Below are positions 13,217 through 27,581 of a stretch of 64,000 nt of DNA, in pieces. Numbering within the stretch: position 1 is the first letter of the stretch; each line of letters starts with the position of its first letter. The notes under the pieces are model-generated. The model saw only the letters and a list, made by a program, of their open reading frames with translations, was not told where the DNA came from and searched no databases. The translations under genes were made by a program, and so were the position numbers. Location: positions 129,766,001 through 129,830,000 of the forward strand of contig NC_135888.1 in the NCBI RefSeq assembly GCF_964194155.1. The letters run 5' to 3'. This DNA is from Cetorhinus maximus (lineage: Eukaryota).

Positions 13217-16200
13217 TGCTATAATCGTTGGCCAGGCCCTGGGACGAGGGGAGAAATCTGGCTAGGGACTAATAGCATTTTGTTTAAAATAGATAAAGTT
13301 TGAGATTCAAGATGCTTACAAAGTGAATAAAGCCGCAAGATGCCACGGGTTTTGAACAAAAGTAAACTTTAATATAGAAGTTCTGAAAGATGAAACAATT
13401 TACAATATCTACCTTACCCTCTAGTGTTCAGGGTAAGTATGAGGTACATGTGAACAAACAGGCAAACTGTGGTCAGACACACCACACTGCACAATAGATG
13501 ACAGATGCGACCAAAACAGATTCCATGGATTTCTCAACAACCCACCCAGGTGTTTGTCACAACGTGTGCCAACCAATCTCACTGAAACTTTGTCTTTCTC
13601 ACGAAGGCTTCCAATCTCCACTCTTGAAGATCTCGCCTCGGAATCCTCATCAAAAGTCACTCCTACTTGGACGTGTTCAATAATGACCCCACCTCACAGC
13701 ATTTCAATCTCACCTTCTGAGATTCCTTTCGGCTGGCTCTCCGAGTACACTCAAGCTTCATCTTTCATGTACAATTTCAGATCTTCAACCATGCCAAGCA
13801 GAACACCACTGCTCCAAAAGGGTATCTTTCCATGCTACAGGCCATTGGCGCAGTCATCAACGTTCAGCTGCCTTCTCAGATCTTCAGGGCTCCTCTTGTG
13901 CCCACTTCACTCAAAATCTGCTCCCTGCAGCTCTTTCATGAACTTGGAGCCTATTATTCTGCTCCATTCTTTAACTTCACTTAACAGGACCCATTCCTGT
14001 CCTCTGTCTTTATCCCCCCCCCGCACCTCTCCCTCGTTTGGGACCTTCTTCCTGTCCTGCTCCCTGGGAAACTTAGAAGACAATGGCACTCCCTATCAGG
14101 TCATCTGACGTGCCTTTTTGCGCTGTTCTTCCCTCTCTTGCTTTGCTCATTCTGTGCAGGGCTTGTCACCAGCCTGAAGAACATAAAGAAAACCGTACTG
14201 CGCATGTGCAGCCATTTCCCGGCAGGCATATGCATAAGAGGCCCAAGGTTCATCAGGAACCAGAGCTCCCGACCTCCGGACTGAAAACAAAGGTAAGTAA
14301 AGGTTTCTTAATACTTATCACTTTGGAAGAAAGAAAGCTTCACTGCTGTGAAGGTTTCTTTGCAATGGCTTTACACTTTCTTTGTAAGAACTTAACATCA
14401 TAAAATTCTAACAAATAGCTTATTGCATGCAATACAGATAAACTTTTCATTTTGCTCCACAATTACACATCATACTATACAGTTACAAAAGTTTAACTGT
14501 AACAATATGCCCACATCCCATGAATGAATAAAATTAGCAGAATTTAAACATCATAGAATTATCATGACTCAACAATTGTGTTTATTTTTCCTCTTATTCA
14601 TGGTCTTTAACTCAGTGAAGGATGCTTCACTTAAGTCTACAGCCCAATTTTCATCATTTTCGTTTGCATTTCCATTTCCTTTGCTCTTTCATTTTCTTTT
14701 TCCTCTCGTTCAAGTCGAGCATTTTCATTTTTAAGCTGCATCATCCGTAACTGAATTTTAGCTAACTCAACAGAATGGCTACCTGGATTTTAACTTTTTC
14801 TTCTTCCAATCCCAGATACTGTGCTATTACCTCAATTATTTCTGCTTTCTTAGCCTCTGCTTTGAACTCTAACTTTAACCCTTCTGCTAATGCAATTAAA
14901 CTAGCCTTGGTCAGTTGTTGCAAATCACTCAGGGATAAATCTCCCCTTTCCAGAAAAAATATTAGCCATTGAGAAAGCCATTCTGCTTTTCAATCAGTCT
15001 AGTAAAATTCACTGTGGAAATCTTATAAACCTTAACCTCAGCAAGTATCAACACTCATATTTTTCTGTGGATTCAAGACCCTGGATGAGCCCCCAGTTTA
15101 TGTTATGATCCTTGGCCAGATGTGGGAGGAGATCCAGTTTGGGACCAATAACATTTTGTTTAAAGTAGATAAAGTTTGAGATTCAATGCATTTACTAAGT
15201 GTATAATACAAGATTCTATGGGTTTTAAACAAACAAAAATAAACTTTACTATATAAGTTCAGAAAGGTAAAAATCATTTCCAATATCTATCTTATACTGT
15301 AACATTCAGGGTAGGTATGAGGTGCCTATGAATTAACAGGCGAGCTGTGGTCGGCCACACCACATTGGCACAATAGATGACAGATGTGACCAAAACAGAT
15401 TCCGTGGATTTCTCAACAACCCACACAGACGCTTGTCACAATGTGAGCCAACCAATCTCACTGAAACTTTGTCTGTCTCATGAGGGTTTCCAATCTCCAC
15501 ACTTGAAGGTCTCACCTTGAATCCTCATCAACAGCTGCTTCTACTCGGACGTCTTCAACAATGACCAACCTCTCAGGGTTTCAATCTCACCTTCCAAGAT
15601 TCCTTTCCCTTTCCCCTGGATCTCTGAGTTCACTGAAGCTTCACCATCCATGCACAATTTCAGACCTTCGACTATGCCAAGCAAACACCACTGCTCCAAA
15701 GGGGTACCTTTCCCACAATGGCCTGCAGCATGGAATCGCCAACCTTTGGCTGCCTTCTCAGGTCTTCAGGGCTCCTCTCATGCTCACTTCACTCAAAGTC
15801 TGGTCCCTGAAGCTCTTTCTTGAATTCAGAGTCTATTACTCAGCTCCTTTTTTTGACCTCACTTAAGGGGACCTATTCCTGTCTCCTGCCTTTATTCCTT
15901 ACTTGGGGCCACCCTTTCTGACCTCTCCATGACCCCCTTCCTGGTTTGGGACCTTTTCCCTGTCCCCTTCCTGTGTCCTGTTCCCTGGGACACCGACAAG
16001 ATAACGGAGCTCCCTATCAGGTCATTTGACCTGCCTTTTGACTCTGTTCCTCTCTTTCTTCTCTTTTTTCTTTTGCACAGGCGAATGGGGCCAGTCCCCG
16101 ACCTGAAGAATGTTAAAAAAGAAAATGAACTGTGCATGTGCGACTATTTCCTGCCGTCGCATGCGCAAGAGACCCAAGGTTCGTTGGGAACCGGTGTTCC

Positions 16201-16244
16201 TGACCTCCAAACTAAAAAAAAAAGTAAGTATGGGCTTCTCAACA
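13217..16244 (-). mobile_element. Internally deleted Gypsy-type LTR element: 5' LTR 15101-16244, PBS(tRNA-Pro) 15078-15095, gag N-terminus 14981-~14650, 3' LTR 13217-14313
   Basis: Two ~1.1 kb direct repeats with TG...CA-like ends. PBS TGGGGGCTCATCCAGGGT matches the tRNA-Pro 3' end at 15/18. Gag-like LQQLTKASLIALAEGLKLEFKAEAKKAEIIEVIAQYLGL. Splits a CR1 RT sequence, with flanks AGGA/AGGG. Confidence 0.8.
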
Positions 16245-16820
16245 AGGGGAACTGGTGGATGTGCTATACTTGGATTTCCAGAAGGCATTTGACAAGGTGC
16301 CACACAAAAGGTTACTACGTAAAATAAGAGCTCAAGGTGTAGGGGTTAATATGTTAGCACGGATAGATTATCGGTTAGCTAACAGGAAGCACAGTAGGCA
16401 TAAATGGGTCATTTTCAGGTTGGCAGGATGTGACAAGTTTAGCGCCACAGGCTTCCGTGCTGGGACTTCAACTATTTACAAATCATATCAATGACTTGGT
16501 TGAAGAGACTGAATACGTGGTTGCTAAATTGGCCTATGATACAAAGATAGGTAGGAAAGTAAATTGGAAGGGTTAAGTGGCCAAAAAAATTGGCAGATGG
16601 AGGATAATGTGGGAAAATGTGAACTTTTCGACTTTGGCAGGGAGAATAGTAAAGCAGCACATTATTTAAATGGAAAGAGATTGCAGAACTCTGAAGTACG
16701 GAGGGATCTGGGTGTCCTGGCACATGAACCAGGAAAAGTTAGTATGCAGGTACAACAAGTGATTAGGAAGGCAAATGGAATGTTGTTTATTGCAAGAGGA
16801 ATGGAATATAAAATAGGGAT

Positions 16821-17028
16821 AAAAACAAAAAAACTGCGGATACTGGAAATCCAAAACAAAAACAGAATTACCTGGAAAAACTCAGCAGGTCTGGCAGCAT
16901 CGGCGGAGAAGAATAAAGTTGACGTTTCGAGTCAAGGGTCATGAGGACTCGAAACGTCAACTTTATTCTTCTCCGCCGATGCTGCCAGACCTGCTGAGTT
17001 TTTCCAGGTAATTCCGTTTTTGTTTTGG
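16821..17028. mobile_element. Penelope-derived hairpin insertion
   Basis: 83-bp inverted arms (16851-16933 and 16946-17028, one mismatch), 12-nt loop, perfect 14-bp TSD TATAAAATAGGGAT. Confidence 0.85.
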
Positions 17029-18079
17029 TATAAAATAGGGATGTTTTGCTACAGTTGTTGGTGAGACTTCAAATGGAGTACTATGCACAGTTTTGGTCTC
17101 CTTCTTTAAGAAAGGATATACATGCATTAGTAGCAGTTCAGAGATGGTTCATTTGAGTGATTCCTGGGATGTGGGCAGTGGTGGGGGGGTGGGTTTGTGG
17201 GTTATCTTACGAGGAAAGGTTGGACAGGCTGGGCCTGTATCTATTGGAGTTTGGAAGATTGAGAGATGATCTTATTGAAACATGTAAAATCCTGAAGTGA
17301 CTTGACGGCGTGGACACTGAGAGATTGCTTCCCCTTGTGGGAGAGACTAGAGCCAGGGGGAAACAGTTTAAAAATAAGGGGTCTCCCATTTAAGATGGAG
17401 GTGAGGAGAAATTTTTTTCTTTCAGAGGGTCATGAGTCTTTGGAACTGTCTTCCCCAGAGATTGGTGGAGGCAGAGTCATTTGATAATTTTAAGGCAAAG
17501 GTAGATAGATTGTTGACTAACAAGGGGGTCAAATGTTATGGGGGTAGGTGTGAAAGTGGAGTTAAGGCCACAATCAGATCAGCCATGATTTTATTGAATG
17601 AGGAGCTGAATGGCCTAATCCTGCTCCTAATTCGTATGTTTACGTGTAAAAGCTGGTCTCAATAGTAAGTTTTTTGATGAACTAAAGGAGAGGGATGACG
17701 AGGGTAGTGTGATGGTTGTTGTGTATATGGAGTTTCAAAAGGCATTTAACAAAGAATCACATAAATCGTTATGAATTGCAAAGAATTGTTTAAAAAAATG
17801 AAGCCCTTGGGGTTATAGGGACACTGGCAGCATGGGTACAAAACTGGCTATGAGACAGAAAGCAGGGAGTAGTGGGGAATGGTTGTTTTTCAGACTGAAT
17901 TCACACACTTCTTTCCTGCTATGACCTTGACTAGTGAATATATTTTTTTTTAATTCCTTCATGGGGGTGTGTGCATTGTTCGCTAGGCCAGCATTTATTG
18001 CCCATCCCTAATTGCCCTTAAGGAGATAGTGGTGAGCTGCCTTCTTGAACTGCTGAAAGTCCATGTTCTTGGTGTTACC

Positions 18080-18990
18080 ATTCTTGATTCGTCAGCTCTT
18101 CCATTCAGCCAGTTGATTCTGGCTTTTGTACAGGCTGTCGTCATATCAGCACACAATCTGAGGTAATCTCTGCTTTATACACCACTGGCCTTTCTGTCGC
18201 ACATCTCTATGAGGCCTAAACATTCAACTGTCATCCATGGCTGTTTTGCATTTTGTTTCGGGTATAGCTCACCTAATGCAGTCAATCGCATTGTTGACAG
18301 TAGTGGCCACCCCTTTTTGCCCTGCATCTGTTCTTTTACTTTTCTCTCAAGTTCCGTTGGGCTCTCATGATGAATTCCAGTTTTCCCTTGGGTGTTCTTT
18401 AGCTTATGACATCAACTTTTTCCTGTGATCTTTGCCCGTACTAGTTGATGGTCAGAACCAGGATCAGCACAAGGCAAGGCTCTGGAATCTAACCCTTCTT
18501 TTCTATCTGTCCTCTGACTATGATTTAATCAATTTGGTCCTTGTGACACTTACCAGGGGAAGTCCATGTATCGTGCTGACTATCTCTATGACAGAAGCAG
18601 TATTAAGCAACTTGTTGCCTTCTAACCAATCAAGGGGCATTAGCCCCCTCTTGCTTGGTTGCACCAAGTCCATATTTGCCACAAGAACGATGTTGTTATT
18701 TTCTCCCAACTTTGCATTAAAGCCTCCCATAACTACCAGATGCTCTCTCCAAGAGCTTCTTGAATCTTTTGATACACAGCCAAAATTGTGACATCATTGC
18801 TGTCAATTGTTGAGAGATAAAACTGATGGGCTTAGCATCCACTCTCAACATCCTGTCACTGACTAACTTCACTGCCGCGACAGCTTTATCAACTCTCGGT
18901 GAGATCAAGAAACCCAACTCCATGGAGATGATTTACTCCTCCAATATAGTGGAAGGTCCGGTACTCTCTCTTCCACTGGCTGTAACTGCC
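18080..18990 (-). mobile_element. RTE-like LINE endonuclease remnant
   Basis: GFLISPRVDKAVAAVKLVSDRML and MGGFNAKLG (APE GDFNAK-like motif), heavily decayed. Confidence 0.6.
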
Positions 18991-20419
18991 TGTCCATCTG
19001 ATGTCAGAAAAACACATGTACGTTTAAAAGGGGGTGTTTTGATCAATTTAGACTTGATTTAATTTAGCTGCACGCAGCCTAATTACTGGATCCCAAATCA
19101 ACCCTTTAAACTGATTTAGCTCGACAGAGATACAACCATCAGGACAAAGACTCAGGCACTGAATTAGCCTGCATTACCAAAGTTTATTGAATATAAGCAA
19201 AATTAAACAATACACTTATCAATTAATTGTAGACATATCAATTAACTAATAAAAAGAAAACAAAAATATACTTATCAACCAAACACGACATCAGTCCTCG
19301 CGCAGACAGGAAACTCCCTTTGACCCCGAGGATCTGTCAATTAGCTCAACCCTTCATGCCTCTGCCCCTGGGGGAAACTGCACTATCCGGGGTCCATGCT
19401 GACAGGAATTCTGCCTCCGTCCCTGGGTCCTGTGCTTCACTATTGATTCCTGCACTGACAGGAAACTCCCTCTGTAACTGGTTTTCAGGTGAGCTTGGTG
19501 AACATAAACACAATTGTTCCCGAGGCCCTCTATTAAACCCAACTCTGGATCACCCAACTTTAACCCGTAGTTGTTGCTAATGGCCAATTGATCAGTAATG
19601 GTGTAAGGGTTAATTTTGTTGGCTCTGGCCATTTGCGCACATGGCCTTAAATGTAAAACAATGGATTATTTCAAAATGTATCCTTTATCTTAATGCTTCA
19701 TCAATGTCCCATTCATTAGACCAGCACTAAACCAGTCAAGGTCGGTATGTTCTGATAGGTACCAATACTGGGTCGTTCAGGGTTCCTTTCTCACAGCTTC
19801 TGCTGCAGCATTTTTAACTTTCGGACTTTAATCCTAACGTGGGAATATTAGTAGGAAATACAGAAATAAACATAATCTGATTCTTATTAATTATTTGATT
19901 ATTAATTACTTACCTTTCAATTATTGGGTAATTGAGGTACTTTCTTCGAATACAATCATCTGTTGCTGGTTGGTGACTATTTCATATTAAGTTAGCTTGT
20001 AGTGAAAGGTTAGCATGCTCTTGTGTCTGTCAGAGTCCTTACGTTCCAGGTTGCCAAGCTCAGTTCTCTGTGATATTCATAAACATGTGGTTAAACAGAG
20101 ACACCCACTCTAACCTCGTCATACATTGCCTTTCCCGCAATGTCAGATGTGCATCCCCGCCCCCCACCCCAGCCACATCTGGGTGCCGCACAATCCTGGG
20201 GGTCTCAGTTGCTGGCTTCCTTGACATTAATCGATGTGATCTTCTCATGCAAGATGGTTGTAGGCTAATATCCTGGGGCTCGCCAGTCTGGTCCAGAAAG
20301 TGTCTTTAAGGTGACATGGCCGCCCCCCCTGGGTGACCATTGGCAAGCGTGACAGCTCGTCCGCCCTTTGACAGGTCATGTTCTTTGTCCTACAGGGGCT
20401 CTAGGGGCTGGGTTTACAG

Positions 20420-21217
20420 GGCATAATTTGAAAGTTTGCAGATGATACGAAACTCAGAAATATAATAAATGAAGAGGGTAGCGACAGACTTCAGGCGGAC
20501 ATAGACAGACTGGTGAAATGGCAGACATGAGAAGAAAATTTAATGCAGGGAAGTATGAAGTGATGCATTTTGAAAGAATGAGGAGAGACAATATAAACTA
20601 AATGGTACAATTTTAAAGGGGGTGCAGGAACAGAGAGGCCTGGAGATTTGAGAAAGCTGTTAAAATGGAATTCTACAGAGTACGAAAGCAAGGACATTAC
20701 GCTAAGTCTTTACAAAACACTGGTTAGATCTCATATTGTGTTTAATTCTGGGCACCATGCTTTAGGAAGAATATTAAGGCCTTAGAGAGGCAGCAGAAGA
20801 GGTTTACCAGGGTGTTACCAGGGATGAGGAACTTCAGTAACGTGGAGAGACTAGAGAAGCAGAGAAGGTTAAGAGGGAGATTTGATAGGGGTGTTCAAAA
20901 TCTTGAACGCTTTTAATGGAGGTCACAGAGTTAAGGTAATTGACGAAAGAGCCTGAAGTGATGTCAGAAACCTGTTTTTTTTTTTTACACAGTGAGTAGT
21001 TACAATCTGGAATATGCTGCCTGAAAGGGTAGTGGAAGCAAATTGAATAGTAACTGTCAAAAGGGACTTGGATAAATAGTCGAAGTGAAAAAAAAATCTA
21101 CAATGCTATGGGGAAGAACCCGGGAGTGGAACTAATTGGATAGCTCTTTCAAGGGGCTGCCACAGGCCTGATGGGCTGAATGGCCTCCTTTGATGCTGAT
21201 TCAGTCTATGATTCTAT
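20420..21217 (+). mobile_element. CR1 LINE 3' fragment
   Basis: aagtttgcagatgatacgaaact (KFADDTK) through the ctatgattctat tail. Confidence 0.8.
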
Positions 21218-24200
21218 CAAAGGGCTCACTGCAGAAGATGAGGTGATATTCTGATTGTTGTCTTCGATACCGAGGGGCAAATGATGACAAACCTTCTAAG
21301 ATTGACTTGCTCCAATTTTAGCTCCAGAAAGTACCCAATTAATCAGCTGTGGAAACTGGTTGTTATCTTCCCAGAAGAAAAAAAAGCATTTCAGATCAGT
21401 ACTCTTATTTCCCAGTTTCTATTATATTATCGCTCTGGGTTCCAGCTCGGGCCTTCATTTCTATTGTCACTTTTTTGCACCCGAACAGTGATAACATTAA
21501 TAACTAACGTCAATTCCCCTGCCTTTTCATGCCTCCTTAATTTAACTTCTTGTCCTGAGTGAAGGCATTAACTGTAGGCCCAGGCTGCCTGGCCTAGTGG
21601 TTCAGGTGGGTGTTAAAGAACCTAAGGCACTTGTTTGAAGAGCAAGATCCTGGACTAACATTCTTTCCCCTACAAGCAGCACCAGAAAAATCAGATTAAT
21701 TGGACATTCACTGGGAAAGATACAAAAGGCCACAGTTAGAAGGACGCAGAAATCTTGGAGGTTGTAAGGCTGTAGGAGGTTACAGAGATAGGGAGGGGGC
21801 AAGGCCATGGAGCATTGTAAAAATAGAGATGAGAATTTTACACTTGAGATGTTGGTGGACCAGAACCAATATCATGTTATCTTTGGAGTATTTTGGCGAA
21901 TCTTTGCTTGTTTGCAGCTCAGTGCAGGATAAAAAGGTGCCACTAAAACAAATACAAGCTCATTCACAGATAACATCAACATAAATGCAAATGTTTCTCA
22001 GTCGTTGATGTGTCTGGCCCTCCTCTGCTGGAGGGATGGGGTTGTCAGACACTTCTGTGTAATAGCAGCGAGTGGCATGGAACTCAGGTCTTTGGAGTCT
22101 CACACAGAGTGCTAGTAAGAAAGAAAAATTAAATCTTAGTCTGTGAGCATTGCTGGCAAGGTCAGTTTTATGTTTTGGGTTATCGGGTTCGCTGTATCCT
22201 TCGAACGCGAGCTGCACCCTTGATATCCACACACTGGTCAGTGCTTGAAACAACATAGGCAGAGAGAGGCCGAATTACTTAACAAACACTGGTGGTTTAT
22301 TGTAACTAAGAACAGGACACTAACACGAAGCGTGCTTCTTCAATCACCTCCAGCTCTAGACTTACAGTTACCCAAGTAGCCCGCTGTATAGCGATTGGTT
22401 GACACAGCCACGTGGTCGATTAACTACATTCACTTAAAGGTACATAGCAGTCCACTTTACCACAGCCAGCATTTGTTGCCCATCCCTAGTTGCCCTTGAG
22501 AAGGCGGTGGTGAGCTGCCTTCTTGAACCGCTGCAGTCCATGTGGTGTGGGTACACCCACGGCGCTGTTAAGAAGGGAGTTCCAGAATTTTAGCCCAGTG
22601 ACAGTGAAGGAACGGAGATATATTTCCAAGACAGGATGGTGGGTGACTTGGAGGGGAACTTGTAGGTGGTGATGTTTTCATGCACCTGCTGCCCTTGTTC
22701 CCCTTGGGTGGTAGAGGTAGCAGTTTTGGAAGGTGCTGTTGAAGGAGCCTTGGTGAACTGCCGAAGTGCATCTTGTAGATGGTAAACACTGTGCACTAGT
22801 GGTGGTGCGAGTGGATTAAATCCAAATGTTAAAAAAGGTCCAGTGGCAAGTTCCTCCACCAGTCCCCACAATATAACCTCCGCCAAGGCTGCTTCTGTCC
22901 TTGTGAATACAGAACAAGGTCACAGGCTTGACAATTCACCCCATCCGATAGTCCCATCACAGAATCTAGTTACTTCTTAACTAATTCTGGGTTTTTTGCC
23001 TTGAAATTCATTGGAATCCATTCTGCGTCTGGCTCACCCTCAGTGTGGAAACTCTAGAAGTTGCTATGTCATCGGTTTCACCCCATTGCCAAGTCTCCGT
23101 TTTATTTGAAGTGCTGTCCCTGACTTGTTCAAAAAAAATCCTTCTCAGAATCTATTCAAAGCAGCATTTTTGTCCTTTCTCCTTCTCTTCCTTCACTGGG
23201 ATGCACACAGCCTGGATTTCCACCTCTCTCAGGGCCCCCCTCACTGGTTCTCGGTCTTTCTCTCTCTACTCCAAGGAATAATTTTCTATTACGATTGGAT
23301 AATACTCTATTGAATAAATATCCTGCCCACTTCTCAGTCCGTTGATCTCAAAGGGATGCGAATTGCCTACGTTTTTACCAGTGCACGTTTCGTTTTAGTT
23401 GGGGGTCATTTACTCTCCACACAAGCAATTAGTTCTGATTGTATTTATCCATCTTGTTCCCCTATCCCTTCAACTCCTTTGCCCCCCAACCAACCTAATC
23501 CTGAATGTTGACATAGTTTCTGGTCTCAAACCACTAACTCTGCATCTCACAACCAATGTTCCTTCTAAGCGGCACAGTTGCAGAGCAACCCAGAATTCGC
23601 CACACAGGCTGTATATAAGTCAGCCCCTTTAATTTACAGCAATACTGTGGCAGTGTGATAAAAATTTAAAGGGCCCATGCAGAACTGCACGACTCATGGT
23701 AAAGAAGTATCTCCTGCCTTACTTACTCGCTTAGCTCCTCCAGTCCCATGCAGGACAACGGGCAGCAAGACTCTGCCAGTGGCCCTGGTCCATCGCAATC
23801 TCTTTCGCTCCAGCCCAGCTGGTGTCCCACTCTTGAGGTCCTCCTCAAATGTACTTCACCAGGTCTTCTTTGGCTGGCCCTGTCTTCTTCTGCCTGCTCT
23901 ACTGCCACTCTGGCAAGGCGTATGTCCAGGAGATGCAGAACATGTCCTGACAGCATCCGTCATCTCTCTGTCACAATGTCCCACAGGCACCTCTGACCGG
24001 TCCTCAGTAGCACTTCCTCGTTTGTTCTCTGTTCCAAATCTCTTAACTGTGTTGCTGTTTGCTGGAGATCACTATGAGAAAATTGGCTTCCGGTTTCCTA
24101 TGTTACAACAGTGACTCCATTTTAGAAGTATTTCATTGCCTCTAAAGTGTTTTGGGATGTCCCAGAAGCCATGAAAGGTGCTATGGAAATGTAAGTTCTA

Positions 24201-24504
24201 TTTTAAGGATATAATTAAAATGTCCAACAGGTGGCAGGATTTAGTCAACAGTCTCGAACCTTTCACAAATCACATCAATGCTTCTTTGAGTCATGTGACA
24301 GCATCTACCGTAAAGCCTGGTGTACAAGTTACCATTGAATCTGGTATGCAGCGTGTGTTTCTGTCTATGGCAAGTGAGAGCATAAGTTGCATGTTTAGGC
24401 TTGGGTATGGTACCCTAATAGTTTTGGTATCGGAGTAGCAATCTAGAGATTGAAGGCAGGAATTTTAACTCTCTCCTTCTGGTAGAAATCAGGCAAATTT
24501 CTAA

Positions 24505-24796
24505 AATTTCTAAAAACAAAAATAAAAAATGCTGGAAATACTCCAGCAAGTACTGGCAACATGTGCGGAGAGAGAAACAGACTTATCGTTTCAGCATCCG
24601 AAGTATTTTGCTTTTGCTTCATCAGAACTGTTCCGGTCTGTTCTTTCTTCAGACCACCAGGAGCTCTGATAAAGGTCGTAGATCTGAAACATTAATTCTG
24701 TTTCTCTCTGCATAGATGCTGCCAGACCTGCTAAATATTTCTAGCACTTTCTGTTTTTATTTCAGATTGCTAGCATCGGCAGCATTTTACTTTTGT
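24505..24796. mobile_element. Older Penelope-derived hairpin insertion
   Basis: Inverted pLTR-like arms. Degenerate CTGATAA...GAAAC at ~24666. Flanks GGCAAATTTCTAA / GGTAAAATTCCAA. Confidence 0.65.
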
Positions 24797-26886
24797 GGTA
24801 AAATTCCAAGCGGTGGACGTGAAACAACTTTCATTTATATGGAACCTTTAAGGTAAAATATTAAAAAGTGCTTCACAGGTGCACAACAAAATTTGACACT
24901 GAGACATTAGGTCAGGTGACCAAAATCTTGGTTGAAGAGGTAGGTTTTGAGGATCATCTTAAAGGAGGAAAGCGAGACAGAGGGGTTTAGGGAGGGAATT
25001 CCAGAGCTAAGGGTCCAGGCAGCCGAAGGCACGGCCACTGATGGTGGAGAGGTTAAATCAAGGATGCTCAGGAGGCCAGAATTGGAGGAGCACAGGGAGC
25101 CTGATGGATGGGGGGAGCAGGAGGAAGTTAGACAGATAAGGAAGGATGAGGCCATGGAGTGATTTTAAAACAAGGATGGGAATTTTTAAAAATGTTATAT
25201 TCCCAATGCCACGCTAGGTGGCACACTTTGCCACACATGCGCAGTTTTAGTGTTTTGCAGTGATACGACCTTGCGCGTGACAGTGCAGCCAGTGACCAGG
25301 TACTCATATCACCATGGCAGTGTTTATAGGTGGCGCCATTTTAAAATTGGACTACGACCACTTAAACGCTGTTGTTTCTTGGGCACCTGAGGTACCCATT
25401 GGACTCGGGCAGAAGCCTCATGAATAAATGTAAATCAGGCTCCCAAGTTGGACTTGGAACCTTGAAGAGATTGAAACCGTCTATTGAGCAGATGCTGGTG
25501 TAGGGGCTGCACAATAAAACTGGTGAAACAGCCTTTGGAAGGGGTTAGGGAGGAAAATGAGAGGGGGAACGAGGAGGAAGGAGAGAGAATGGGAGAAAGA
25601 TGGAATGGGAAAAATGAGAGATGGTGAGAAGGGAGGAAAGACGAGGGGGATAAAAGGAAATAAAGAGACAGCGACGACAGGAAGTGAACATAAAAAATGA
25701 GCAGGTGTAGGGCACTCAGCCCCTCTACCATTCAACAAGATCATGGCTGATCGTATACCTCAACCTCACTTCTAGCAGAAGTAACTGGATAGATTACAAG
25801 AGTCCAGGGTGATTTCTCCTCACATCCCACTCTTCTCAATCAAGTCCAGGGGACTCTGGAACAATGTGCATTTATCAAAGCGCCACTGGTGACCTCAGGG
25901 TCACCCCAAGTGTTATGATCCCAGCTGATGTTACTACTGGACCTATCAAATCCCAACTGGCTTGATAGATCCTAACATGTATATTTTTCGAAACTTTGGA
26001 GGTAAAGTTACTGAACAAATTCCCAGGAGTCTGCTGATGAACTTTTAACAAAAAGGAAAATCATTTATTAAACTAGAAAAATGAACTATATTACACCAGA
26101 CAATGGTTGGAAAGATCTCAATACAAACACAAGAAAATGATTCAAATAGTCACTATTCCTTCACCCTTCACAGACATATATAAATTCGGAAAGAGAAAAC
26201 AATTTACCAGGGTAAGTATGCAGTGCACGTGAACCAACGGGTGAACAATGGACGGACACACTACACTCCAAAGTAAGTGACAGGTGCCACCAAAGCAGAT
26301 TCTGTGGATTTCTCAACAACCCACCCAGACGCTTGTCACACTGTGAGCCAACCAGTCTCACTGAAACGTTGTCTTTCTCACGAGTTTCCAACCTCCACGT
26401 TCAAAGAACTTGCTTTGGAATTCTCTCCCAAATGTCAGTCCCACTTGGACAGTTTCAACAAGGGTCCACCTGCAGGGTTTCAATCTCACCTTCCAAGATT
26501 CCTTTCCCCTGGATCACCAAGTTACATGCAAGCTTCACCTTCCAAGTGCAATTTCAGATCTTCAGCTGCGCCAAGCAGAACGCCACTGCTCCAAAAGGCA
26601 CCTTGGCCCTTGTGGCCCGCAGCATGGAGTCACCAACCTTTGGCTGCCCTCTCAGATTGTCAGGGTTTCTCTCGAACCCACTTTGCTTCAGGTCTGCTCC
26701 CCACAGCTCCCCCTCTTCAATTTGGTGCCTATTGCTCTGCTCCTTTCTCTCAACTTTACTTAACAGGAATTGTTTCATACCTCTGTCCTTGTCCCTTAAC
26801 TGGGATCTTCTTCTGGGACCTCTTTCTGTCCCACTCCCTTGTTTGGGACCTTGGTCTTGGTTTGAACATAGAAACATCAAAACATA

Positions 26887-27581
26887 GGGCAGAATTTTCT
26901 GCCTGTCGGGTGGGCGGAACCGACCCAATCTCCGGCGGGCGGGGAGCTTATCCCTGCCGGAGAAGCGGGCCCCGCCGCCATTTTACGTGGGTGGGCCAAT
27001 TAAGGCCCGCCCAGCGTGACGTCCGGCGTGATATCCGCTTCCTGTGCGGGTGGGTGGGGGGATTCCCCAAAATCAACAGTGCACTCTTTCACGCATGTAC
27101 ACAAAAGAGCGCACATCTCCCTGAGGCTAAGTGCAGCCTCAGGGAGATCGCTGACACTTTTAAAAATAGAAAATAAAAATCCTTAACATGTCCCCCTCAT
27201 GTGACAATGTCACATGAGATGGGACATGTTCATAAATTACACTAAAACTTTATTAAATTGTTTAAAACCCAACATGAAGCTTCATCCCGCCGCTGGATGA
27301 GGTTTCATGTTTTTTCTATTGCCCGCTGGGGCTCCTGGCCGACCCGCCAACCTTAAAGTCGGACAGGCAGGTCCTTTAATTGTTTCAATGATCCTGTCAA
27401 TGGCCTCAATTGGCCATTGACAGGTCGGCAGGTGGACAGCTGATCTTGCTGTGTCCCCGCCATCCTGAAAATTTAAATGGGGCAGGATGACGTCGGGGGT
27501 TCCGCCCAACATCATCCCGCATCATTTTACGTGTCGGCGAGCAGGCCCTGCCCCCTGCTCGCCAACGGCAAAATTCAACCC
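26887..27581. mobile_element. PIF/Harbinger-like MITE
   Basis: Imperfect TIRs GGGCAGAATTTT...AAAATTCAACCC with extended internal inverted similarity, 3-bp TSD ATA/ATA, no coding capacity. Confidence 0.7.

Larger units (their letters stand above)
12925..17645 (+). mobile_element. CR1 LINE remnant (12925-13216 plus 16245-17645), interrupted by the LTR element and a hairpin
   Basis: EFFEEVTS... resumes as GELVDVLYLDFQKAFDKVPH after the LTR element. Confidence 0.85.

Noticed and set aside
22194-22463. Short TGT...ACA solo-LTR candidate (also 10508-10656)
   Set aside because: No TSD or second copy could be confirmed in the window.
26277-27176. 299-aa ORF
   Set aside because: It runs across an LTR, a CR1 tail and a MITE junction, with no recognisable domain.
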